DNA from: Raillietiella orientalis
Lineage: Eukaryota
NCBI GenBank assembly: GCA_036172245.1
Contig: JAYWIR010000022.1
Span: 2,728,001 to 2,792,000 of the forward strand
Length of the DNA stretch: 64,000 nt
Direction of reading: 5' to 3'
This document shows, piece after piece, positions 1 to 11,100 of the stretch. The notes beneath the pieces were generated by a model. It saw only the letters and a program-made list of their open reading frames with translations, searched no databases and was not told the DNA's origin. The position numbers were made by a program, and so were the translations under genes. Within the stretch, counting starts at the first letter, position 1, and each line of letters begins with the position of its first letter.

Positions 1-356
1 GGACGTCTGCTCTCTCCGACTGTCGCGTGGTTTTTCCTCGTCGTCCCTTTCGCTGCCCGTTCGGGCGCTTTGGGACGGGCGCGTCTCGGCACCGGCCTAT
101 GGAGCTTCTCGGGGGCGACACGTTGGCAGCGAGACTGACAGGTGGCCATCGAGGAGGGGACAGGGTGTGTACGCGTGCGTGTCTTCCTTTCGCCCACGGT
201 TCGCCTCGTCGGAAGGCGCAAACTGACTCTTGGTGATGGTCGTATCGGTAGGCGATCGCTGCAAGTTGAGGCGTAGAGACTTTTCCGCCCTCGGATGCTT
301 CTTCTTTCTGCTCGATTCTTCTCAAGAGCACGAATCTCACGATGGTCTGGTGGGAA
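1..356 (+). repeat. Left arm of a long-range inverted repeat (runs off the window start)
   Basis: Reverse complement of 1-356 matches 38424-38779 with about 3 mismatches by eye (near 134, 255, 351). The same 69-aa ORF appears at 27..236(+) and 38544..38753(-). Confidence 0.95.
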
Positions 357-970
357 CGCTTCCAGACTATCCCTGGATCTTCCAAAGACTATGCTTTCCA
401 TGAAGAACAATAGAAGTATAGCCGAAATGTGCGTCGATTACAGGGATGATGGTGCGCATCTTGCAAAAGAGCTGAAAATTGCTTTGGAGTATGGAGAAAT
501 AGGAGCCGTATTGTATAGGGGAGAATATGGTTAATAAAGTTTCGGTACAAAGTTCACTAAAAATCTTGAGGATCAAAGGTCATGCAACAAATTTAAGGGC
601 ATCACTGAAGGAAAAAATATTTAAGGAATGACATCAGATTACATTGGATTTCTAATTCGGAGAAACAGCAAATAAGCATGGGGTAGGGGGGCAAAGTCAC
701 TGAAGACTTTAAAGATGCCTTGATACCACACAGTAGTCGAACTGGAGAAAGCGACATCATCTCTAAAAAGCCAGAAGTTCCAAGTGAATTGCTGCATGTT
801 TCTCGAGGGGACACAAACAGAACCTGCTTTATTCAGTTCCTGGCTCTTGGGACCAAAGGCGACCAATGATGAAAGTTTTCTGCTCGCTTAATTAGAGGAA
901 GCCACTAGATAACCAAAGCTGGTCCATTGGATTTTACAGGACGGGACCTGGACCCTATGGCTAGATAATC
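357..970 (+). pseudogene. Decayed intronless coding relic, possibly an endogenous viral element
   Basis: One frame (that of ORF 295..534) gives protein-like sequence through several stops: AEMCVDYRDDGAHLAKELKIALEYGEIGAVLYRGEYG**...GMTSDYIGFLIRRNSK*...VVELEKATSSLKSQKFQVNCCMFLEGTQTEPALFSSWLLG...HWILQDGTWTLWLD. A-rich and distinct from the GC-rich left flank. Identity not established. Confidence 0.25.
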
Positions 971-1450
971 GTCACCAAGTGGTTATCCACACGCACGCCG
1001 GATCCATGTTGCGTTTTCTTCCGCAATCAAGCGCTCCAGGGCTGCAGAAAGCCTCGAATTCGTGGCATGCACGCCGTACACATTTTCGTACATGCGCGTT
1101 CAAATGTTCACTGAAATGTACCCTCCGAGCGATCCGCACAGAATGCTTCTCCGAGTCTGCACCTTGGCGAGAACGCACCATCCAATGCTTTCGGATGAAG
1201 CCTTCCGTATAACCAACTGATGACTTTTCAGAAATCGCCTCTTTGTGACGTCGGTCGAGCAGAGGAACTCTTTCTGCCTCACAGTACGTCTGTTCGTTAT
1301 GTTTGCGGACTACGGCAGCATAGGGAAGGACCCTTCGATCACCAGATTCGAGCTACTGAGTGTTCCGCTGGAACACCTAAAGTGGCCCCGGTGCTCTGGA
1401 CACCCCTACGCTCCCCCTGAAGTGGCAGGAGTCGGCGCTGTTATCACACT

Positions 1451-1800
1451 CGGGTGCGCCGGGGCGTTTATTTTTCTTAAAAAGAAAACAAACATGTGTA
1501 GGACCATTGCCCCTACAACGTCCGACAAAAACTCTGAACTTGCCGAGTAGCTGCCAGCGCGCAGGCCGGCGAGTTCGACTCAGCAGCGGAGGGGGAAGGG
1601 ACAAATAAGAAAAAAAAAAAAGAAAACACTATTTACAGAAGCAGGGGGGGTCGGGGAAGGGATCACGTTCCGCTGGGGTCGTCCTCTACATCCTTTCCAG
1701 GCAATTTCAGTCCGCATACGTCCCAGATGGGACCATCTGGGTGCCGTCCTCAGGAAGCTCGGGGCGGAGCAGATGGCGTCCCTATCGTTCTGTCCACCAG
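1451..1800 (-). mobile_element. 3' end fragment of an L1/Tx1-like non-LTR retrotransposon (copy B)
   Basis: Minus-strand NDRDAICSAPSFLRTAPRWSHL resembles DRNAIHFAFLFIRIATRWSSM (1773..2198+) and HDRDAILSAIRLVRIATRWSHM (8405..8740-). Followed by a T-rich 3' UTR and AATAAA. Confidence 0.7.
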
Positions 1801-1809
1801 TTGTCGGCG

Positions 1810-2457
1810 CTGTTGGTGCTGCACGGGGGTCTCCCATGCAAGCCCGCCTTCATAACAGGGCGAGGATGTGTGTGGATCCCAACAGTGTCAGGCGTGGGGA
1901 GCGTGAATCCCTCTCCCACCTGTTAATGGATTGTGTTGCCCTCCGGACCCTCAGGAAACGCTTTACCGCGGCACTGGGAACCCCCAAAGGCAGCTCCAGG
2001 GATGCTTTAAAACCCCTCTTCGTTGGCGACACTCTTCGGACAGGGGCCTTGCTGGCAGCCCTGTGCTGCCTACTCGAGATCGTCGCTGCTTGGAGCAAAG
2101 CAACAGGAGTACCCAGCGATAGGAATGCCATCCACTTCGCCTTCCTTTTCATCAGGATAGCAACGCGATGGTCCAGCATGGAAAGGAATATCCAGTAAGA
2201 CCTTGCCGACATCCTACAGAGGATGGACAGAACCGCCACCAGCAGAACATGATTCCTTCCCGCACCCCCCAAAGTGTATTTATTTTTATTATTAATTTTT
2301 TTTTATTTTTGTTTGTCCCCTCCCCCTCTGCTGCCGTGGTGCACCGCGCTGGTGTGCGAACTGGAAGGTCACCATTAAATTGTGCGTGGTTGGACCACTG
2401 GTCCAACCATTGTTCTCTTAACGTGTTTATTTTTGAATAAATTCCCCGGCGCACCCG
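1810..2457 (+). mobile_element. 3' end fragment of an L1/Tx1-like non-LTR retrotransposon (copy A)
   Basis: Degenerate ORF2 C-terminal zinc-knuckle region (RMCVDPNSVRRGERESLSHLLMDCVALR), then a T-rich 3' UTR and AATAAA at 2436-2441. Confidence 0.75.
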
Positions 2458-3149
2458 GATGACAATCGATCACCAGACTTGCGCACTCTGTAGGCAACGG
2501 ACATTGAAATTTGGAATCGTTTCGTTGACTGTTGCCTACTCAAGGCGACGCTGGCAGTGAGAAGACAGAAGCTGGATAGATGAAGATGACAAGAACGTCA
2601 ACTTTTCCTCCTCCTGCCCTCGTGATAATTCAAATTCAAGGGCATCAGACCCACCTTTCTTTAAAGCTTGCTTTTCCTTTTCCAGAAAACACCTTTTCCA
2701 GAGGGATCTTACTAAGCTCCATCACCAGACCCATTCGTCAAGGTGAGCAGGGCTCACACTAAAAATCACGAGGATGAGAGACTGCTCGCAGTCCCCTCCT
2801 AGAACGAAACTCACCCATCGTTGTCGCTAGGCAACTGCTTCTCCTTCTGATCACTTGGGACCCACAAGCACTGTAAATGCTGTTGCGACGCTCCTACAGA
2901 AATACGGCAGCTCGATGACGCTCAAGAGGACACGGTTCAAGTCCTTTCCAGGATGATCCCTTCCTCCGGATGATGATCTCCGTGATGAAGTTTCGAAACG
3001 GGGATGGGATCCAGCTGCTGGAGAGAGGGGGTGAAAACGGGAAAAGAATCGCTCGGCGAGCGAGAGAGAGGGTTCCATTACCAACAGCTGAGCAGCACGA
3101 GGAAGACCTTCCCCCTAGAAGCGACGAAAGTAACGAAGAACCTCTCCCT

Positions 3150-6100
3150 GCGTGATCCAGTATCTCGCTGCTGCTGCTGCTGCAACCCGCGTCAAAAATA
3201 GCAGCTCTCCGAAGCTGCTGTTTGGGGAGGGGAGGGAGGGAGATTCTAACAATCCCCGTCTTGTGGCATTTCGGACAGTCAGCTGCCAATGCCCTCGTAG
3301 TTCCCACGAGGCAGAACTGACCTGTGTTCCGCGTCCGCCCGAGTTCCTGACCTCCCTCGCTCGCTTTCCGACTTCCTTCCTCGCGCATGGTGGGGGAGAA
3401 ACCTGGAGTTTCCGCTTAGAAAGGAAGGAACCGAGCGGGGATGGTCTGGAGTATGGTCGCTTGCATCCTTCCGGGGTTGTCCGGCGTCGGCAGAGACGGG
3501 CAAGGGAAGGGTTCTTCCCGGAGGGAGGGAATCCTGCTCGGTCCCACGAGAAGCCGCGTTGGACCCGAGTGGGGATCCCTTCTGCGCCGCAAATCCCTGC
3601 AGCCCCGCAGCCAGGAGTCCCCTGCAGCGCGATGGAGGCGCGCGCACGCTGGGGAGGAGGAAGAGGAAGGAGGGGAGGATGGAGCGCGCTCAAGGCGCCT
3701 CGAAAGTACGGACTTCCCCCAAGGAGGTTCCCCCAGGAACCTTCTCCTGCTCTTCGCCACTTCACGTGGGTGTTTGCCCGGTGTTCGCGAGCGCCTCGGG
3801 GAAGAGGACCCTGTCTCCTAGCGCAGTGCGACCGGGGTCTCCAGCGTGACCAAGAGGAGGTCCTTCCCCTCGCCCAAGGCTATCCCACTGGAATTTCCTG
3901 CGGCGTGGCTTCTCGCGGGACCGACCCACGGGCGGGTAGTGGCGGTACTTCCCGACTCCGAGTGGGAGCCCCACAAGGTCGAGTGAGATCTCCTGAGGGC
4001 CGGAGGCAAGCGTGCGATTCCGGGCATTCGGGAACGGAGTCGACCGCAATTCCGGGACGCAGAGACCCTCTGTCCATTTCTCGTCGCCTTGGGCGGGAAA
4101 GCGTGAGGCTGCTCCTTGGTCCTGCTTCACCGTTTGCCCGTGGGATGGGCTGTCCTGGGCCTTCGTGGCCCCTTGCAGCTCGTCTCCATCCCTTGGAGTC
4201 GAGGGGCTCCGTGGGTGGGCCGCTTCCCTTCCTGTCGGTCACGACGCAGGAAGCGCCACACCGGACGGATTGAAGAGATTCCCCGCACCTCCGGCGATGG
4301 CTCCCTCCTTCGAACTTTTCCCCAAAGGAAGCGCTGCCTGGGCGCCTCCCGCAGCCCTCTCCTGCGGCGGTGCCGGAGCGTTGCCACCCCGGAAGGTGGG
4401 CGGTCCATCCCCCCCATCCTGAGTTCGTGCATCCTCCTTTTCCTCTATCGTTATCTATCCACCTGCTTCCGCTGCTCCCTTCCGCTTAGGGTGCGCCCTA
4501 CCGGCCCCCAGGCTTCCCCCCTCGCCACTCCTGGCACTTCCGGAGCGCGCTGGACCCCCGTCCAATGCTAGAGGCAGGACGCGCTCGAAGCGTCTCTGCC
4601 CCACTGGCATCATCCTCAGAACGTCTTGAAAGGAAGGGTGGCCGGGCCCCTCCGGGTTGGCTCCTTTTCCTTGGGAAGCCACCATAGGAGTCTTCCGCCC
4701 TCCAAGGGTGAGAGGGGGGGGGGGGAAGTCACCCGCAGCGTCGTCATCACGGCAGGCTCGCCGTCACCACGCTACTAGGCAACGCGAGACGGGAAAACCC
4801 GCCGAAAGGTAGTTTCTTTTCTAACTACGCGAAGGGAGATGAGAGGGGGAAGGAGGAGGAGGGGGGGGGGAGTGAGCGTGACTGCGGGAGATCGAAGTGG
4901 TCGAAGGCTCCGCTGGGATGCGCGCGATCGGGTATCGCGTCAGACCTCGCGCCCCCCCACCTCGGAAGTTCGTCGTGGGAGAGTTGTGCTCCACGGGAGG
5001 ATCTGGGCAGGAAGGCGGAAGAGTCCGCAGCTCAGGGGGCGCGCCGTTCTCACGCTCGAAGGAGTGCTCCCGGGCGCTTTTCCCACGGGAAGGAGGGAGT
5101 GGAGCAAAGAGCGTAGTATCGCGCGCGCGCCCGCCGACGGAGGGGGAGAGAGGGAGGGGGAAGAGGGGTCCGAGGTCATCCCCGGCTCCAAAGGTTCCGG
5201 TGCCCTAGGTGTCCTGCCCACTCCTCTTCGTGCTCTTGGAACGTGCCCATCCCACGGCCCTGCCTTCTGGGAGGAGAAACTGCTGCTCAGGGTACAAGAC
5301 GAGAAAAAAGCGGTTCCGCACAACCCCGAGGTCCTCGACTGATCTTTCTAGCCTCCGAGATGGCCTTTTTCCCTTCCGCAGCACGCGACGTGGTCAAAGA
5401 CTGCGGAAGATGCACCGAATGCTGCCCACCCTCCCTTGGAAGCAAAGCAACGTCTTCGGCGTTCCGCGGACTTGCTGCTGCTGATGCTGGTGGAAGAGAG
5501 GGGGAACCTTGCTTCTCTCCCTCCCTCTCAGTCGCCTCGGAAATGGTCCTTTCCGTTCTTGAGAAGCCATCCCCTCCAATTAGCTTTTCCAGCAGGTGAT
5601 CCGACGTGTACGAGGAGGCGTCCAGGGCCAGGGCCATCCTCTTCGTCCAGCTCTTCGGGTTGAGAGCGTGTTCCCAATCTCCCCCCAAATTCAATGGCTG
5701 CCGCCTCTCCCTCTGGACTGCCTCCGCCTCCGTTCCTCTCGAGGTTTTTCTCAGAGGTCACATCCCTTCCGCGGAGAACGCCGCAACCTCTCAGGCGAAG
5801 GGACAAGAGCAAGTGGGGATGGATGAGGAGAAGAGGGATGGTGGTGGGTTGGAAAAGCGCGAGCTCTTCGTCAAGCCGCTACCACTCTTGGCCCCTTGCT
5901 GCTCTAAGAGGGAGCGTCAGAAACGAGGGGGTTTGCAGGTTCCTCTAGGACTACAGCACTTGGTCACTGGCCGCCCATAGGAAGGGGAAGAAGCCTGGGT
6001 GCGTCGTCAGCACCCAGGTCTCTGTCCGAGAGGGACCCCGAGCATCAAACCTGCGTCGCGTGCAACCCTCCTCCCTCCGCTCTGCAGGAGACTTCCAGTT

Positions 6101-8000
6101 TCAATCCACAGAAAGGGAGAGTCCGATGCAGTTTCTCCAGCCTCTGCACTGGCCGATCAATTCCACCCAAAGGTTCATTGGCAACGAGGTGTCTGGGCTC
6201 CAGTCAGCCGCTTCTGCCTCACGCCCCACGGACCAGATGCTGCTCGAAATATTCCCGGGAGAGGGATCTCCCGCTTCTCTGTGGACCGGCATCCCGGAGG
6301 GTTGGTCTTTGGGAACGGGAACGTTGGGCTTCCTGCTGGAGGGCGGCTGCTCTTCCTGTGTACCCTTTTGCGCTCGCCAACCGACGTTCCCCACAATTCC
6401 AGACTTTCCCGTTGGTTTCCTCCGTCGGCTCCATCCTTCCGCTGTCCTATATCCCCTGGAGACGAGCTCACGTGATACCTTCCTGTTTTCGCCTTCCACT
6501 GCTGGGGATTTGAAGGGTTCCGCAATCGCCCCACACCTGGACGACGGTGTGCGGTAAGAGGAATCCAAAGAAGGCACTCCTCTCTCCAGATCTCCACCGA
6601 GCACCCCGAAAATCCTGGATCGAGGAGAGTTTTTCTTGACTCCTGCCATCGTCCGGTCATCCTCCCGCGCCGGTATTCCGCATCTCTATGCTGCCCTCGA
6701 GAGCCGCTGGATCCACGTCGGGACGGAGGACTTGACCCCCTGGCTCTGGAGCGGATGGTGCGACAGCCCCAGTTTAAAAGACTGCACTTGATGGTCAGGT
6801 ATCGGACCGCCTCCTGAGAAGCGTGCAGGTACGGCTGCGCCTCAGGAGAGCTGCCGGCTGCGGTGAACTGGAAACCCTGCATTCGCGCAGCCACCGGAGT
6901 CCAGCCGCAAAGTCTTGCGGCAAATCGCCGCCCTGGGAAGTAAATATCGCGGATCTCCTATGGCCCTACAGAGAATAACGCCTGGCGGCGGGGAACGATG
7001 AGAACGTGGATCGAGATGACCCATACCACGTCGGAGGTAACCAGCTGCCTGCAATTCCTATGAAATGCCGGAAGAGCAGTGGGAGCGATGGACGGTGAGC
7101 TACAGTCGTTGGCCTGCATGACGGCCACTCCCTCGGCCATAGTGCTGCCCCCCGCCTTCGAGGCTCACTGTACCAGCTTACCGACAAGGTGGGAGATTTC
7201 CTGCGAAACCTCAGGAAATCTCTTGGCGACTGGCTGCGCAACAGCTTGGTGACACAGTAACACCAAAGACCCAATGGACTTCTTCACTGGTCCGAGCTCT
7301 TCTGCATTTCTCCTGAGGAGCTGGAGGTTCCCCCACTGCTAACGGACAGCTCGCTCCTTCCGCTCAAGCCGCAGCATTCAGCCCTCCTGATGCTGCACTG
7401 GGGACTCCATTGCAATGAGAGGGGAAGGTCGCGCAAACCCGTGCCAGGTGCGGGTATTGGAATTCTTCGCGCAACTGCTAGCGGACTGTGTTGCCCTCCG
7501 CTGGAACGCTTCTCCACTGTCCAATTCTAGTGTCGATTTGAAGAACCTCTCGGTGCGACAACGCCTACTGCCCCAGCCGCGGCGCTCAGCTGTTTGCGCG
7601 GAATCGTCGTCACTGCGAGATAAGGAACGGGGAAAGGAGACGCAGTGGCAGGGAAGCCGTCCACTCCGCCATCCGATTCCTGCGGAAAGCGACGAGATCG
7701 ATCCACCTGGGATGAGCCATTAGGAGGAGCTTGCGAACATCCTGCATAGGGTGCAGAGGACCAAAGTAAGGGGCAGTGCACCCTTTGCCCCGCCCCTTAA
7801 CATCCCTTGTTCCGACATAGGAACAACTGTTTTTTTCTTCTTCTTTATTTGCGTTTTTTTCTATTCTTTCCCTGTTCCCCTCCGTTCTGATTACGAGCCT
7901 CTTCGGCAACCCTTGACGGATAATTCGACTCTATGGGACATTATCCTACCTTTTTTTTTTTAATTAAATATTTATTATCAAATAAATATTTTCAAATAAA
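3150..8000 (+). mobile_element. Highly decayed, near full-length L1/Tx1-like LINE (copy D)
   Basis: The 3' part (about 7440-7510, FFAQLLADCVALR) matches the copy A knuckle region, and a T-rich UTR ends in AATAAA near 7995-8000. Upstream there are only faint frameshifted RT-like traces (e.g. HLDDGV near 6535). 5' boundary uncertain. Confidence 0.5.
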
Positions 8001-8198
8001 CACCCCTGTGTGGTCAAATGAAGATCCTCGAGAGTCGGCGCCTCATTGCATCGGGATGTTTATCCCCCTGCAGCTCTCGACCTCACCATGGAGCAAGAGG
8101 GAGAGCCGCGCCCCTCATCTGGAGAAGTGGCGAATGCGGCAGCGTCTCTCCAGCACCGCCCTGCTACTCCCCGGAGACAGCCTCGAAGGGACGTGGCC

Positions 8199-11100
8199 TT
8201 GTCACCCGGTTGCCCCAGGACATTTACTCAACTCAGGAAACACACAAAAAGTGGTGGGATTCCCGGATCCTACCACGTCCGATGTGCGTTGAACGTGCCG
8301 AAAACGTGTTGCTACGCAGACCGGCGAGGTCCGCCTTGGCAACAGAAGGGGACAAACAAAATGAACGAAATGAAAATTATAATAAAAAATCCCAAGGGAG
8401 GGAGTCAAAAAGGGATCACAGGCTGTTGCGGGGTGCCGGCTTGAATCTCCTTTTGAATCTTTTGAATCTCCTGAAGGATACCGGCAAGTTCCCTCTGCAT
8501 GGCCCTCATATGGGACCATCTTGTCGCGATCCTCACAAGACGAATGGCGGAGAGGATGGCGTCTCTGTCATGCTGACCTCTTCCAGAGGCGCTCCTGTGT
8601 GGCCTCCTCCGGGCCGCCACAGTCCCGCGAAGGCAGCAAAGAGCTGCTAGCGACGCGGCTGGAGGCAGTGTATCCTTCACAAAGAGGCACTTGGAAACAT
8701 CGCTAAGGTTGTCTTCCGGGATCCGTAGGGCTGTTCCCAAAAGAGTTGGAAGGCAACATGATCCACGAGCAGGTGCAGGAGAGCTTCTTCCTTCCTCCGC
8801 ACCTGCAACGGCTCGGGACCGACCTACCCTGGTCCGGTTCCTGCTCCGGTGCAGGCTTGAGTTGCATGGGAAGTGGAAGGAACGTTGTCAGTGCCAACTC
8901 TTGCCACTTCAAGGGAAGAGAGCTTCTGTTCATCAACATTGCGGGCAGTGCCAAATGTTCTGGGGGAATCTGCAGGAGCTGGGCCCAGTGGAACAGACCT
9001 TCTAATAAGGCACACTTTGGGATGATGACAGCAACGGCAAGCTGCCCCTGTTGTCCATCCGCCAAGGGGATTCCTCCTGCACGCGATCTCTCCGGAGAAT
9101 TCCCACTTCGCTGGTTGGCAGCTGACCATTTCATTCCCTCAGGGAGGCAGCACTGCGACAAGAGGCGTTCTTCCGAATGGAATCCTTATCCCCTATAACC
9201 TGCGAGGCAGGCACTGTGACTTCTCCGAGCTCGCGCTGCCGATCTTCGCCAGCGTTGGGGCTTTTTACCCCTAGGCAGGCACTACACAGTTCAGGGAGGG
9301 GAAGACGTGCCGAAGAGGCTCTTCGTGCGCACCGGTGCCGCCTGCCGGGGCGTCGCAACTCTCTGCTGCCTCCGCAGCACATTGTCAACCCAAGACGCAG
9401 AAGGAGTACAGCGCGTGGGAAATGCCATCTACGTGACGCCCTCTTTCTTGAGGAGGGGAACAGGACGGCCGCAGCTGGTAGACTTTTGAGTGGAGCTTGC
9501 CAGTATCTTACAAGGGATGCTGAGGAACCCAGGAAATCACCGGTAGCATTCCCTCTTTCCCTCCTCCGCATGAAAAGTCTATCTTTCAATTTTTGGGACA
9601 TTTCCTCTTCTCCCTCTCCCCGAGGTGACCTCAATAACAATGAGCTGACTTCTTGAGACAGCCCACTCCGAATTATTCGAGCTTTCGTGGCAATTTGCGT
9701 CCTACTGTCCTCATGTCCTTCGTTTTATTTATATGCTTTCTGTCCAGAGTTACGTGGAACGCCCCGGAGCAATCGGACTGCCACAGGATCGGCTTCTTCG
9801 AAGACGCAACTCCCCTCTTTAGAGAGCAAGGCTCCTAGCAAATATCTACCGCAACTCGCACCCTTCTTGAGGCGTTCCAAATACCCAACGCTTGGCCGGA
9901 ATCTCGCGCTCGTGCGCATGCAAGTCTGTGGCGCCCAAGATGTCGCCAGCGCCTCACAAGCTGCCTGCGGACATCTCTCTGGTGCAGGGTGAAGACGTGG
10001 ATGAGATGGTGAAGACCCCACCTCGCTGCTGCAGGGGACAAGAACCCTGTTTGGGATTAATGGTACTTCCGTGCCTTGTATCTCAGGAGCGGTTAAGGTT
10101 GGCCTTAGGGTTGGATCTCGCGGAATCCACGTAGAGGTCCGTTCCGTGTTCTTTACATCAAGTTTCGTTGTCTCTTCGTAAAGATCTTCCGCACGTACGC
10201 ACACTACTTAGAATAAATGATAAGATACGATTTCAGATTAGATGCAGATGAGGAATAATGCCTTTTTCTTTTTTTTGCAGTTTCGCCCCACCGAAACCGC
10301 GATCTCCTTCACCCCGACATTTATGGCTTCTTCCTCATTTAGACACTTCCAATCCGCGGATGTTCAAACTGCCTCGCCGGCATTCAGCACGAGGTCTTCC
10401 TTCCTAACCTCCATCTTTAAAGCCTCAGGCTCAAAACTCTCTTTCTGTGCAGCATCCGTACAAGTATGGTACAGCATCTACAAGCGCAGGAGCACTCGAA
10501 TGGTTCTGAAATGCTTTCGCCATAAATCTTTTCCCTCTCGCAGGAGAGATGCGTCTCCTCTAGATGGAGAGATTGTTTTCTACTTCTGCACCGATGGTCA
10601 TGCCTCCTTCCTTCATGTACCGCAAGTAACCACGTTGGACGACTAGGAGCTGTGGGAGTTGCTCCACGACTTATTTCCTTACGCAGAAGCAACAGATGGC
10701 TGCGACGACCATCCTGCTGTTTCACCTGCCTCTTCAAATCCCAAGCTCCTGTGTCTGAGAGCTCACTTCGGACTGCGTGAAATCTGGAGAAGCTTCAGTA
10801 TGGAAGCAGGAATTGCAAGAATGCAAAAGACGATGAGCCATTGTGTTTGCGATTTTTCTCGATAGGGGTGATCCGAAAGCTGCAGGGAATGCATCATTCC
10901 AGATCATGGGATAGGTCACGAGCTGCTGAACGGGTGCCACATCTGCCCTTAAGCAACACTGAGCTGAAATGACCTCTTCGAGAACGAGGACGGCACAATC
11001 CTGTTCCCACGCTGCTGCTAATGCTTGCTGCATAGGTCGTCAATTTTGCACCACTGTGGAGAAACTTCTACCATCATTTGCTCTCCTAGAAACCAGCTGC

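Noticed and set aside
3152..4273. 373-aa ORF as a host gene
   Set aside because: GC-rich, R/G/P-biased, overlapped by long ORFs in other frames and without a domain; it sits where a decayed LINE 5' region is expected.
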